Origin: Candidatus Palauibacter australiensis
GTDB lineage: Bacteria; Gemmatimonadota; Gemmatimonadetes; Palauibacterales; Palauibacteraceae
Assembly: GCA_026705295.1 (NCBI GenBank)
Contig: JAPPBA010000072.1
Coordinates: forward strand, 1,816-65,815
Reading direction: 5' to 3'
DNA: 64,000 nt
Shown here: positions 55,448 through 64,000 of the stretch, piece by piece
Layout: each line of letters begins with the position of its first letter
Numbering within the stretch: position 1 is the stretch's first letter
Position numbers and translations under genes: made by a program
Notes under the pieces: model-generated
What the model was told of the DNA's origin: nothing
The model's database searches: none
Seen by the model: the letters and a program-made list of their open reading frames with translations, nothing else

Positions 55448-55532
55448 GCGACTCGTTATTCGCGCTCGCTAACGGAATTGCGGGACATCACTAATCATTG
55501 CGTGTATTTGCTGATTACCGCACATTTTCGGC

Positions 55533-56180
55533 ATGAAATTCGTGGAGTTGCTGGAAATTGTCGCGGACGAGCCGGTGTTCGAGACCGGGTTCCTTCGCAG
55601 CGGGCGAGCTCCGGAGCCGGGGCTGGAGGCGCAGCTCAGCCGTTGGTGCGCTGCCGGCAAGCTGCTGCGGCTCCGGCGCGGGCTGTTCGCGCTGGCGCCT
55701 CCGTACCGGAAGGTGATTCCGCATCCCTTCCTCGTCGCCAACCGGCTTTCGCCCGGCTCGTACGTGAGCGGACTGTCGGCGCTCGCCTTCGCGAACGCGA
55801 TCCCGGAACACGTCCCGGAGGTCACCAGTTGCGGTCCCGCGCGTCCCCACGTGCGCGAGACGCCGCTGGGGCGGTTCTCCTTCCGCTACGTCAAGCCGGC
55901 GTTGCGGACCGGCTATCGGCTCGTGGACCTGGTCGACGGACAGAGCGCGTTCGTCGCCCGCCCCGAGAAGGCCTTCCTCGACCTCGCGCACCTTCAGCCG
56001 GGCGGTGATGCCCCGGCCTGGATCGACGAGCTGCGCCTGGACTTCGAGGCACTCTCGCCCACGCGGCTGAGAGCGGCGGTGGCCGCCACCGGGAGTCCGA
56101 AGCTGGCCCGCGCCGCAGCCTACGTCATCCGCCGCGCGAGCGATCCGGCACCGGTATACGAACCCCTGCCCGTCACGTGA
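55533..56180 (+). CDS. AbiEi-family antitoxin (type IV toxin-antitoxin system)
   Basis: N-terminal AbiEi_4-like region MKFVELLEIVADEPVFETGFL...LLRLRRGLFAL and downstream DUF-like domain. Immediately precedes, and overlaps by 4 nt, a DUF1814/AbiEii gene. Confidence 0.65.
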   Translation: MKFVELLEIVADEPVFETGFLRSGRAPEPGLEAQLSRWCAAGKLLRLRRGLFALAPPYRKVIPHPFLVANRLSPGSYVSGLSALAFANAIPEHVPEVTSCGPARPHVRETPLGRFSFRYVKPALRTGYRLVDLVDGQSAFVARPEKAFLDLAHLQPGGDAPAWIDELRLDFEALSPTRLRAAVAATGSPKLARAAAYVIRRASDPAPVYEPLPVT

Positions 56181-56980
56181 AGGACCATCTCCGGGAACTG
56201 ATCCGGGATCTCGATCCGCACGCCGGACGCAACGCGATGCGGGAGTACCTGCAGGCTCGAATCCTGGAGGGTCTGCAGAGGGCCGGCGCCATGTCGCCGC
56301 TGGCGTTCCACGGTGGGACGGCGCTGCGCTTTCTGTACAGGCTGCCGAGATACTCCGAAGATCTCGACTTCGCCCTCGAAGGCCCCCGCGAGAGCTACGA
56401 TCCGCGGCGCTGGCTGACGTCCATCCATGCGCAGTTCCGGCGAGAGGGCTACAACGTGACAGCTTCGCTACGCGGCTGCGATGCTGTGCACGCCGGCTGG
56501 TTCCGTTTCCCGGGACTCCCCCACGAGTTCGGTCTGTCGAGCCACCGCGACGAAACGCTCCGGATCAAGCTCGAGGTCGACACCCGCCCGCCCGCGGGCG
56601 CCGTGACCCAGACGCGCATCGTGCGACGCCACGTGTCGCTGCGCATCCATCACCACGACCGGGCGTCGCTGCTGGCCGGCAAACTCCACGCCGTGCTCCA
56701 CCGGCCCTGGCTGAAAGGGAGGGACATCTACGATCTGGTCTGGTACCTGAGCGATCCCGCGTGGCCGTCCCCGAATCTGGATCTCCTCAACGCGGCCCGC
56801 CGCCAGACGGATCCCGCCGCCCCGCCGCTCACGGACGACACGTGGCGCCGGTCCGTCGCGACGAAAGTCGGGGGCGTGGAGTGGAGAGCGGTCGAGGCCG
56901 ACATCCGCCCGTTCCTCGAGAGCGGAGAAGGCGTGCCGTCGCGCGCCGATGTGCTGGACCTGCTGACCTCCGCTGGCTGA
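56177..56980 (+). CDS. AbiEii/AbiGii-family nucleotidyltransferase toxin (DUF1814)
   Basis: Nucleotidyltransferase motif FHGGTALRFLYRLPRYSEDLDF and downstream ...KLEVDT...; 267 aa. Confidence 0.7.
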   Translation: MKDHLRELIRDLDPHAGRNAMREYLQARILEGLQRAGAMSPLAFHGGTALRFLYRLPRYSEDLDFALEGPRESYDPRRWLTSIHAQFRREGYNVTASLRGCDAVHAGWFRFPGLPHEFGLSSHRDETLRIKLEVDTRPPAGAVTQTRIVRRHVSLRIHHHDRASLLAGKLHAVLHRPWLKGRDIYDLVWYLSDPAWPSPNLDLLNAARRQTDPAAPPLTDDTWRRSVATKVGGVEWRAVEADIRPFLESGEGVPSRADVLDLLTSAG

Positions 56981-57037
56981 CCCCGGGTCTGGCCAGAGGA
57001 TGGGGGTTCGCGTCACCGGCGTATCAACGCGTGTTTC

Positions 57038-57595
57038 CTACATGCCGCCGGGGGGGTCCGCGGCGAGGCGGTCGATGACGAGGGGGGTGATGTCGACGCG
57101 TTCGCTGAACAGGATGATGATGGGGCTCGTCGCGTTCAGGATCAGGTCGTAGCCCAGTTCCGCCTGGATCGCTTCGATCACCGGCGCGAGTTCCGCCCGG
57201 ATCCGTTCGCGTCCGTCGTTCTGCAGCGCGGTCGCTTCCTCCTGCTTGTCCTGCTGGTAGCGCTGGAAGGCCGTGAGGGCGTCCTGATACTCGCGTTCAA
57301 GCACCCGACGCTCGTCGACCGTCAGGCTGTCCGCTTCCGCCACGCGTAGCTCGACCGCGCGCACGGCTTCCTGGCGCAACTGCAGCTCGGCGGCGAGTTC
57401 CTGCTGGAAGTCCGTCAGTTGCTGCGCGAGCGCCTGTCCCGCCGGCGACCCGAACGCGGCGGCGTCCAGATCGATGACGCCGATGCTGAGCGGCGCGTCT
57501 GCGGCCTGGCCCTCGGCCTGTCCCGTCAGCGTCGCGGGCGCCAGCGCCAGAAGCAGGGTGGCGAACGAAAACACAAGACGTGCGTATCTTTTCAT
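57038..57595 (-). CDS. OmpH/Skp-family periplasmic chaperone
   Basis: Likely start MKRYARLVFSFATLLLALAPATLTGQA (signal peptide) with RBS AGAGGGA. Coiled-coil Gln/Glu/Leu-rich body typical of Skp. The maximal ORF extends to 57673. Confidence 0.75.
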   Translation of the reverse strand: MKRYARLVFSFATLLLALAPATLTGQAEGQAADAPLSIGVIDLDAAAFGSPAGQALAQQLTDFQQELAAELQLRQEAVRAVELRVAEADSLTVDERRVLEREYQDALTAFQRYQQDKQEEATALQNDGRERIRAELAPVIEAIQAELGYDLILNATSPIIILFSERVDITPLVIDRLAADPPGGM

Positions 57596-57687
57596 CGTTG
57601 TCCCTCTATTGGAACCTTCCACGGCGGGTCTACCCTTCGGGGGGACCGCACCGGTTTCATCGTCACGGAACACGAAAGTAACGCGAT

Positions 57688-59256
57688 ATGTCCGAACGAA
57701 CGAAATACAGCCGCCACCGCGCGCGAACGCTTCGCCCGCTGTCGCTGCTGATCCTGGCGATCATGGGAGGCGCCGGCGCTCCGGAACGGGTCGCCGCGCA
57801 GGCGGCTACGGGTGCGGCCGAAGAGCCGGCCACGGTTCTGTTCACGAACGCAACGCTCGTCGACGGGACGGGGGCGCCCGGCTACGTCGGCGACCTGCTC
57901 ATCGACGGGGGGAGCATCGCGGCGCTCGGCGCCCCGGGGTCCGTCGAGGCTCCGTCCGACGCGGAACAGCGGGATCTCACGGGTCTCGTCCTCGCCCCGG
58001 GCTTCATCGACATCCACAACCACTCCACGACCCGCCTGTTCGACTTCCCGCTGGCCACGACGCAGCTCGCGCAGGGGATCACGACGATCGTGGTCGGGGC
58101 CGACGGCTCCTCGCCGTGGCCGATCTCCGACTACCTCGGGCGCATCGACGAACTCCGGCCCACTGTGGACGTCGCGACGCTTGTCGGACACGGGACCGTG
58201 CGCAGTCTCGTGATGGATGAAGATTTCCGGCGCACGGCGACCGACGCCGAGATCGCGGACATGACGGTGCGCGTCGAGCGGGGGATGACGGAGGGCGCGT
58301 TCGGCCTCTCGAGCGGCCTCGAATACGACCCCGGTTTCTACTCCACGACCGGCGAACTCACCGCCCTGGCGCGGGCCGCGGCGGGCCACGGCGGCTTCTA
58401 CATGACCCACATGCGCGACGAGGAAGAGGGGCTGCTCGAAGCGGTCGACGAGGCCATCCGCATCGGGCGCGAGGCGGGGCTCCCCGTGCAGATGTCGCAT
58501 ATCAAGGCGGGCAACGCCTCCGTGTGGGGAAGGGCGCCCGACGTGCTGGAGCGTATCCGGCAGGCCAACGAGGAGGGACTGGACGTGACGGCGGACCAGT
58601 ACCCCTACCAGGCTTGGCAGTCCGGGCTCGCGATCGTGGTCCGTTCGAGGATGTTCACGAACCCCGACTCCGTGGCGAAGGGGATCGCCGCGGCGGGTGG
58701 CGGGAACCGGCTGCAGATCGTCGCCTTCTGGTCCGAACCCGAGTTGAACGGACTGCGGCTCGACGAGATCGCCCGGCGCAGGGAGATGACGGACGTCGAG
58801 GCCTACATGTGGATCATGGAGAACGGGGGCTCCGGGCTCATCGGCCACACGATGAACGAAGAGGACGTCGATACGTTCATGGCCTCGGAGTGGGTGATGA
58901 CGGCGAGCGACGGCGGGGTGCGGAGCGCGCACCCGCGCGGGGCGGGGACGTTCCCGCGCGTGCTGGGCTACTACGTGCGGGAGCGCGGCATCCTGACGCT
59001 GGAGCGGGCGGTGCGGCGTGCGACGTCGATGCCGGCGCGGCGGCTGGGGCTGACCGACCGGGGCGTGCTGCGCGCCGGGGCCCGGGCGGACCTCGTGATC
59101 TTCGATCCGGAGCGCGTCGTGGACCGGTCGACCTTCGACAACGGCACCCGGCAGGCGGACGGCGTCGAGAGCGTGTGGCTCGGCGGCGTGGAGACCTGGT
59201 CCGCCGGGGAGCCGACCGGCGCCCGCCCCGGCCGCGCCATCCGCCGCGCGCCCTGA
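57688..59256 (+). CDS. N-acyl-D-amino-acid deacylase (D-aminoacylase) family amidohydrolase, secreted
   Basis: Signal peptide; metal-binding motif GFIDIHNHS, and the overall length and blocks of the D-aminoacylase family. Confidence 0.75.
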   Translation: MSERTKYSRHRARTLRPLSLLILAIMGGAGAPERVAAQAATGAAEEPATVLFTNATLVDGTGAPGYVGDLLIDGGSIAALGAPGSVEAPSDAEQRDLTGLVLAPGFIDIHNHSTTRLFDFPLATTQLAQGITTIVVGADGSSPWPISDYLGRIDELRPTVDVATLVGHGTVRSLVMDEDFRRTATDAEIADMTVRVERGMTEGAFGLSSGLEYDPGFYSTTGELTALARAAAGHGGFYMTHMRDEEEGLLEAVDEAIRIGREAGLPVQMSHIKAGNASVWGRAPDVLERIRQANEEGLDVTADQYPYQAWQSGLAIVVRSRMFTNPDSVAKGIAAAGGGNRLQIVAFWSEPELNGLRLDEIARRREMTDVEAYMWIMENGGSGLIGHTMNEEDVDTFMASEWVMTASDGGVRSAHPRGAGTFPRVLGYYVRERGILTLERAVRRATSMPARRLGLTDRGVLRAGARADLVIFDPERVVDRSTFDNGTRQADGVESVWLGGVETWSAGEPTGARPGRAIRRAP

Positions 59257-59308
59257 GCCCCCGGGCTGGCGCGCGCCCGCGCCCGCGCTCGCGGAGAGGG
59301 CGGAAGCT

Positions 59309-59713
59309 TCAGTCGGTGGCCGCCTCCCCGCGCTCGGCGGTCGCGACGATCTCGATGCCGCCGCGCACGTTCTGTTCCACCTCGACGCGCACCCGGCGCG
59401 GTGCCACGGCGAACACAACGTCGTCGGCGATCCGGGCCGCGAGCGTCTCGCAGAACTCCCCCTCATCCCGGAACGACCACAGATAGAACTTGAGCGCCTT
59501 CGACTCGAGGCAGCGGTCACGCGGCTCGTAGTCGATCGTCACCCGTCCGAAGTCCGGCTGTCCCGTCTTCGGGCACAGCGACGTGAACTCCAGCGCCCGC
59601 AGGCGGACGCGCTGGACGTCGGCCGCCGGGATCGCCTCCGCGCGCAGCGTCTCGCGTCCCTCCTCCGGGTCCCGGGGCCGCGGCAGCGGACCCGTGGCGG
59701 GGAGCCTCGTCAT
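59309..59713 (-). CDS. queF: NADPH-dependent 7-cyano-7-deazaguanine (preQ0) reductase QueF, unimodular type
   Basis: Catalytic Cys and QueF motif EFTSLCPKTGQPDFGRVTIDYEPRDRCLESKALKFYLWSFRDEGEF; 134 aa. Confidence 0.9.
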   Translation of the reverse strand: MTRLPATGPLPRPRDPEEGRETLRAEAIPAADVQRVRLRALEFTSLCPKTGQPDFGRVTIDYEPRDRCLESKALKFYLWSFRDEGEFCETLAARIADDVVFAVAPRRVRVEVEQNVRGGIEIVATAERGEAATD

Positions 59714-60942
59714 CCGTCCTCCGTCCCCTCGTCCAACTCTTCATCGTTCTGCGTCATCGCATCGACGGTCGTGGCGGCGGCCATGTGGCCGATGACGTTC
59801 GTCGCCGAGCGGAAGACGTCGGGCACGCGGTCAATCCCGAGCAGGATCCCGAGTCCGGCCAGCGGCACGCCCACCACGTCGAGCGCGGGCACCATCGACA
59901 CGATGCTCGCGCTCGGCACCGGCGCCACCGTCATCGCGGCGAGGAAGATCGCGAGGACCGCCGCCGCGATCAGTCCCGCGTCGAGCGGCACCCCGTACAT
60001 GGCGGCGAGGAAGACGAGCGAAGCGCTCTGGAAAAGGGCGCTCCCCGGCCGGTTGATCGAGGCCGCCAGCGGCAGGATCAGCCGGTAGCGGTCCTGCCGC
60101 AGCCCCAGTTTCTCCGCCTCCTGCAGCATCATCGGCAGCGTGCCCACCGACGTCGTCGTGGAAAAGCCCACGGTGTACGTCCCCACGGTGCCGCGGATGA
60201 AGCGCCCCGCCGGCATGCCGCCGACGAAGCGGACCATCGGCAGCAGGACGAGACCCTTGAGGATGAAGAGGCCCACGACGACCGCGAGGATGAAGACGGC
60301 GAGGTTCTGGAGCAGCGCCAGCCCCGTGCGCGCCACCACCGGCGCTGCGAGGCCGAAGACCCCCACGGGCGCCGTCCACAGGACCCAGTTCATGAGCTTG
60401 ATGAGCGCGTCGCCGGCCGACTCCGCGAATCCGGTGAGCAACTCCCGCTTCTCCCGCGGCAGCGTCGTCGTGGCCGCCGCGAGCAGGACGATGAAGATGA
60501 GGATCGAGAGCAGCGACCCGTCCGCGGCCGCCTGTACCGGGTTTCGCGGCACGAGGTTCACGAGGAAGTCGATCACGCCGGGCGTCGCCGTGTTCAGTTC
60601 CGTCGTCGGAGTCGGGGGCGGCACCGGCGCCGTGAAGGTGAGCGCGAACCCCATCACACCCATCCCGATGAGGATCGCCGGCAGCGTCGTGACCCAAAAG
60701 AAGCCGACGGAGAGGCCGCCGATCCGCCCCAGCTTGCGCAGGTTCCCGATCCGCCCCACGCCGACGAACACGACCGCGGCCACGAGTGGGATCACGACCA
60801 TCTGGATCGCGCGCAGGAAGACCTGTCCGAGCGGCGCGACGGCCTCGGCCGCCCGCAGGAGCGCCGGAGATCCGGTGGCGGAGGCGGCGACGCCGAGGCC
60901 CAGCCCGAGCACGAGTCCGATGAGAATGGCGCGCGTGTTCAT
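59710..60942 (-). CDS. Dicarboxylate/amino acid:cation symporter (DAACS/GltP/SstT family)
   Basis: 410 aa, 8 TM plus re-entrant loops with conserved blocks (…VGFSTTTSVGTLP…, …NRPGSALFQ…). Confidence 0.85.
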   Translation of the reverse strand: MNTRAILIGLVLGLGLGVAASATGSPALLRAAEAVAPLGQVFLRAIQMVVIPLVAAVVFVGVGRIGNLRKLGRIGGLSVGFFWVTTLPAILIGMGVMGFALTFTAPVPPPTPTTELNTATPGVIDFLVNLVPRNPVQAAADGSLLSILIFIVLLAAATTTLPREKRELLTGFAESAGDALIKLMNWVLWTAPVGVFGLAAPVVARTGLALLQNLAVFILAVVVGLFILKGLVLLPMVRFVGGMPAGRFIRGTVGTYTVGFSTTTSVGTLPMMLQEAEKLGLRQDRYRLILPLAASINRPGSALFQSASLVFLAAMYGVPLDAGLIAAAVLAIFLAAMTVAPVPSASIVSMVPALDVVGVPLAGLGILLGIDRVPDVFRSATNVIGHMAAATTVDAMTQNDEELDEGTEDG

Positions 60943-62066
60943 GTCCCCTCACCTCCTCCGGATGTCCCGGTCGCTCCCGCTTCTCTCCGCTTCCGGAACG
61001 CGAGCCACGCGCCGATCGTGAGGACGGGCAGGACGTAGTAGACGATGAACCCCCAGGTGATCGTCCCGTAGCCCTGGCGGATGAGGTCGATGAGGCCGAG
61101 GGGGGTGAGGGACAGCGCGACCCCAAGGAAGACCGCCGCGACCGCCGGCCTCGCCCAGCTCGGCATCCCGGCGCCCCGCTCGCGCCGCGTGACGGCGAGC
61201 CGCTCGTTCACCGCGTGGATCATCCCCGTCCCGGTCTCGATCAGGGTGCCGAAGAGGATGACCTGGTAGGCGATCTGAAACGTCCTCGATCCGAGTGCCT
61301 CGAGGATGAAGTTCGAGGGGACGGTCGCGCTGATGATCGCGGGGTAGTGCGGCACCATCGCGAGGTAGAAGAAGAACGCCGGCAACATCCCGATGACGCC
61401 GGCCAGCAGTCCGGCCCACACGGCCTGGTTCCGGGTCTGGATGTGGCGCACGGTGAACAGTGCCACGGCGGCCGCCGAGAGGTTGTAACCGCCGTACTGG
61501 ACCCCCTTCACGAGCCAGTCGCCGCTGAGGCTGCTGGCCGCGAAGCTCGGGCCCAGCGTGGACCCGAAGCGCGCCAGCGACCATACGACGAGCGCCACGA
61601 ACACGGCATAGAGCGCGAACGACCAGCCGGCGAAGAAGCGCTCGATCGCGGCGCTCCCGTAGAAGAGGAGGAGCGCGACGGCGCCGAGCGCCACGATCAC
61701 GCCCAGCGCGTACGGGAGTCCGAAGGTCTCGTCCGCGATCGAGCCCGCCGCCGCCCCGATCACGGCCAGTACGAGCAGCGTCAGCAGCACGTACGTGACC
61801 TCGAACAGGACCCAGGACGGGCCGAGCAGGCGCTTGAAGAAGGTGCGGTACTCGTAGCTGCGGAGCTGCCGCGCGAGTTCGAACGTGACCGCGCACACCG
61901 CGCTCCAGATGGCGGTCGAGAGCGCCATCGCCCACAGGCCGGGCGTGGGGCCGATCGAGAGGAAGAACTCGACGTTCTCCCGTCCCGTGCCGTATCCGCC
62001 CGCGATGACGGCCGACTGGAAGACGAGCCCCGGCAGCAGATAGCGGCGGAACCAGGGAGCTTTCAC
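60939..62066 (-). CDS. YkvI-family membrane protein (uncharacterised transporter-like)
   Basis: About 10 TM helices. N-terminal motif AGGYGTGRENVEFF matches the YkvI-family signature G-x-G-[FY]-x-[ST]-G-[QR]-E-x3-FF. Confidence 0.55.
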   Translation of the reverse strand: MKAPWFRRYLLPGLVFQSAVIAGGYGTGRENVEFFLSIGPTPGLWAMALSTAIWSAVCAVTFELARQLRSYEYRTFFKRLLGPSWVLFEVTYVLLTLLVLAVIGAAAGSIADETFGLPYALGVIVALGAVALLLFYGSAAIERFFAGWSFALYAVFVALVVWSLARFGSTLGPSFAASSLSGDWLVKGVQYGGYNLSAAAVALFTVRHIQTRNQAVWAGLLAGVIGMLPAFFFYLAMVPHYPAIISATVPSNFILEALGSRTFQIAYQVILFGTLIETGTGMIHAVNERLAVTRRERGAGMPSWARPAVAAVFLGVALSLTPLGLIDLIRQGYGTITWGFIVYYVLPVLTIGAWLAFRKRREAGATGTSGGGEGT

Positions 62067-62187
62067 GCTGGCGTCCCTTTCTCTCGGCCGGCCCCTGCCC
62101 CAAGGTTTCGCCCGTCAGCGAGGGGCGAGTGCACCGGGGCGCCGGGCGCCGGCGGCCACATGCGACCCGCCAAGCTAGAGGCCGGGG

Positions 62188-63552
62188 ATGGAACGAGACA
62201 GACGCGAGACGTTCGGCTCCCGCTTCGGGCTCGTGGCCACGATGATCGGCGTCGCCGTCGGTCTCGGGAACGTGTGGCGCTTCCCGTACATGGTCGGCGA
62301 GTTCGGCGGGGCTCCCTTCGTGGCCTTCTACGTGCTCGCCGTAGTGCTGATCGGCGTTCCCGCGCTCATGGCGGAATGGACGCTGGGCCGGCACACCCGC
62401 CGCGGCCCGGTCGGCGCGTTCGAGTCGGCCGGTCTCCCCTTCGGCCGCGCCCTCGGCTGGATCTTCTTCGTCGGCGTCACCGCTGCCACCGGCTACTACT
62501 CGAACGCGCTCGGCTGGGTGCTGTACCACGCCCTGGCCGGATTGCTCTCCGGCGTCGGGGTCGAGATCGACGCCGCCGCGATCCTGCCCCCGGAGGAGGG
62601 GTTCTCGCTCCGCTCCTTCCTCCTGCAGTGCGTCTGCACCGGCGCGGTCCTCGTCACCTGCGCCGCCGTGCTGAGGCGCGGCCTCCGGGGCGGGATCGAG
62701 AAGGCGAGCCGCTTCATCGTCCCGGCGCTCCTCGGTGGCCTTCTCATCCTCATCGTCCGCTCGCTCACGCTGCCCGGGGCGGGAGAGGGTCTGCGCTGGT
62801 ACCTCGGGGCCTTCGATCCCGGCGCGCTCACGCCGCCCGTCATGCTGGGGGCGCTGGGCCAGGCGATCTTCAGCCTCTCGCTGGGTGGCACCTTCATGGT
62901 CGTGTACGGCTCCTACCTGAACCGCGGCGACCCCCTGCGCGGCAACGCCGTCTTCACCGCGGGCGGCGACCTGTGCGCCGGACTCCTGGCGGGGCTCGCC
63001 ATCTTCCCCGCCGTGTTCGCGTTCGGACTCGAACCGGCGAGCGGCCCCGGCCTCCTCTTCGTCACGCTGCCCGACGTGTTCGGCCGGATCCCGGCCGGGG
63101 CGGTGTTCGGGACGCTCTTCTTCCTGGCGCTGTTCGGGGGCGCCTACCTGTCGGATGTGGCGGCGCTGGAAGTGCTGGTGGCCGGGGTCACCGACAACAC
63201 CGGGATCGGCCGCTCGCGCGCCGTCACGCTGACGACCGTGGCCGTGTTCGCGTTCGCGCTGCCCCCGATGATCAACATGAACGTGTTCACGCCCTGGGAC
63301 CTGACCTTCGGATCGGGCTTCCAGACGCTCGGCGCGCTGCTCTCGGTCGTCGCCGTGGGGTGGGCTCTGGACCGGTCCGAAGTCCTGCGGCAACTGGCGG
63401 CGGGCGAGGATGGGGCCCGCGGGCGGCGCGTGCCCACGCTCTGGCTCTACTACTGGCTTCGCTTCGTCATCCCCGCCGCGATCCTCGCCGTCGGCGCCTG
63501 GTGGCTGCTGCGGGACGTGCTGGGCGTGACCATCGGGCGTTCCTCCCCGTAG
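62188..63552 (+). CDS. Sodium-dependent transporter, neurotransmitter:sodium symporter (NSS/SLC6) family
   Basis: Hallmark TM1 motif GLGNVWRFPY and a 12-TM layout. Confidence 0.9.
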   Translation: MERDRRETFGSRFGLVATMIGVAVGLGNVWRFPYMVGEFGGAPFVAFYVLAVVLIGVPALMAEWTLGRHTRRGPVGAFESAGLPFGRALGWIFFVGVTAATGYYSNALGWVLYHALAGLLSGVGVEIDAAAILPPEEGFSLRSFLLQCVCTGAVLVTCAAVLRRGLRGGIEKASRFIVPALLGGLLILIVRSLTLPGAGEGLRWYLGAFDPGALTPPVMLGALGQAIFSLSLGGTFMVVYGSYLNRGDPLRGNAVFTAGGDLCAGLLAGLAIFPAVFAFGLEPASGPGLLFVTLPDVFGRIPAGAVFGTLFFLALFGGAYLSDVAALEVLVAGVTDNTGIGRSRAVTLTTVAVFAFALPPMINMNVFTPWDLTFGSGFQTLGALLSVVAVGWALDRSEVLRQLAAGEDGARGRRVPTLWLYYWLRFVIPAAILAVGAWWLLRDVLGVTIGRSSP

Positions 63553-63565
63553 CAGAGGTTCCGGT

Positions 63566-64000
63566 TCATGGCTCCCCTTCCGGGGACCGTCCCATGGCGC
63601 GCAGGAGGTCCCAGTAGGCGATCCACCCGGCGGATCGCATGGACAGGGCGCTGAGTCGGGCGCCCCGGAAAGCGTTCGCCGCGTCGAGCAACTCCAGGAG
63701 CGACATCTCGTCTTCGCCGTAGGCCGCCATCGCGGAGGCGAGCAGCGCCTCGGCATCCGCCGACAGGCCGTCGGCCGCGGCTTCGAGACGGGCGCGACTG
63801 GAGGCGTACCGGTCCGTGGCCGTCAGGAGATCGTTCTCCGCCAGCCGCCGCCGGAGGTCGAGGCGATGGGCGGCCGCGGCGCTCCGGGCGTCGGCGGCCT
63901 GCCGGGTTCCCCCTCCCCGGTCGAACAGCGGCAGCGGAAGATCGAGACCCAGGCTGAGGCCCTCGAATCCGCCCTCCTGCCGTCGATATCCCAGGCTGAC
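63566..64000 (-). CDS. TolC-like outer membrane efflux protein (OMF), C-terminal part; gene continues beyond the window end
   Basis: Reverse-strand translation of 63566-64000 gives ...YRRQEGGFEGLSLGLDLPLPLFDRGGG...LLELLDAANAFRGARLSALSMRSAGWIAYWDLLRAMG, the typical OMF C-terminal repeat. Confidence 0.7.
   Translation of the reverse strand, partial: VSLGYRRQEGGFEGLSLGLDLPLPLFDRGGGTRQAADARSAAAAHRLDLRRRLAENDLLTATDRYASSRARLEAAADGLSADAEALLASAMAAYGEDEMSLLELLDAANAFRGARLSALSMRSAGWIAYWDLLRAMGRSPEGEP

Noticed and set aside
60949-63756. 935-aa ORF on the minus strand spanning the YkvI-family and NSS genes
   Set aside because: It is antisense to two well-supported transporter genes; its composition is low-complexity with Arg/Gly/Glu runs. 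Only its extreme 3' neighbourhood (63566..64000, a different frame) is real coding, for the TolC-like gene.

Overview
This is a 64 kb high-GC (roughly 68-70%) bacterial chromosomal segment spanning the replication-origin neighbourhood. The gene order is parB(partial)-parA, two perfect parS palindromes, pyrF, an Fpg/Nei-family glycosylase, yidC-yidD-rnpA-rpmH divergent from dnaA-dnaN, then Yip1-like, Nudix, MBL hydrolase, mutY and dapF. After that come a gcvH-gcvP cluster with a metallo-hydrolase and a lipoate ligase, a solitary ExbB/TolQ-like gene, an Slt-type lytic transglycosylase, a cold-shock gene and polA. Next are a periplasmic (TAT-exported) molybdenum-hydroxylase operon coupled to a b-type cytochrome, an Omp85-like barrel, and an HD-phosphohydrolase / radical-SAM-SPASM / metallophosphoesterase cluster. 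These are followed by a sigma-70 family factor, an HDAC-like deacetylase, an M24 peptidase plus Ala-Glu epimerase plus trpF operon, priA, a stand-alone HNH endonuclease, tatA, an AbiEi/AbiEii toxin-antitoxin pair, skp, a D-aminoacylase, queF, three transporters (DAACS, YkvI-family, NSS) and a partial TolC-like gene. I recognised no rRNA, tRNA, CRISPR array, transposase or integrase. Nearly every long antisense ORF in the six-frame track looks like a high-GC artefact. Items worth a second look: (1) a structured leader upstream of dapF with a perfect anti-16S Shine-Dalgarno, a short upstream ORF (uORF) and an intrinsic terminator; (2) an Fpg/Nei homologue lacking the catalytic N-terminal proline; (3) an HD / radical-SAM-SPASM / metallophosphoesterase cluster of unknown function; (4) a queF-transporter-YkvI synteny; (5) direct repeats in a divergent intergenic region; (6) likely CTG start codons on two genes; (7) a periplasmic Mo-hydroxylase wired to a cytochrome b. 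All calls are from reading the sequence by eye; no database searches were run.
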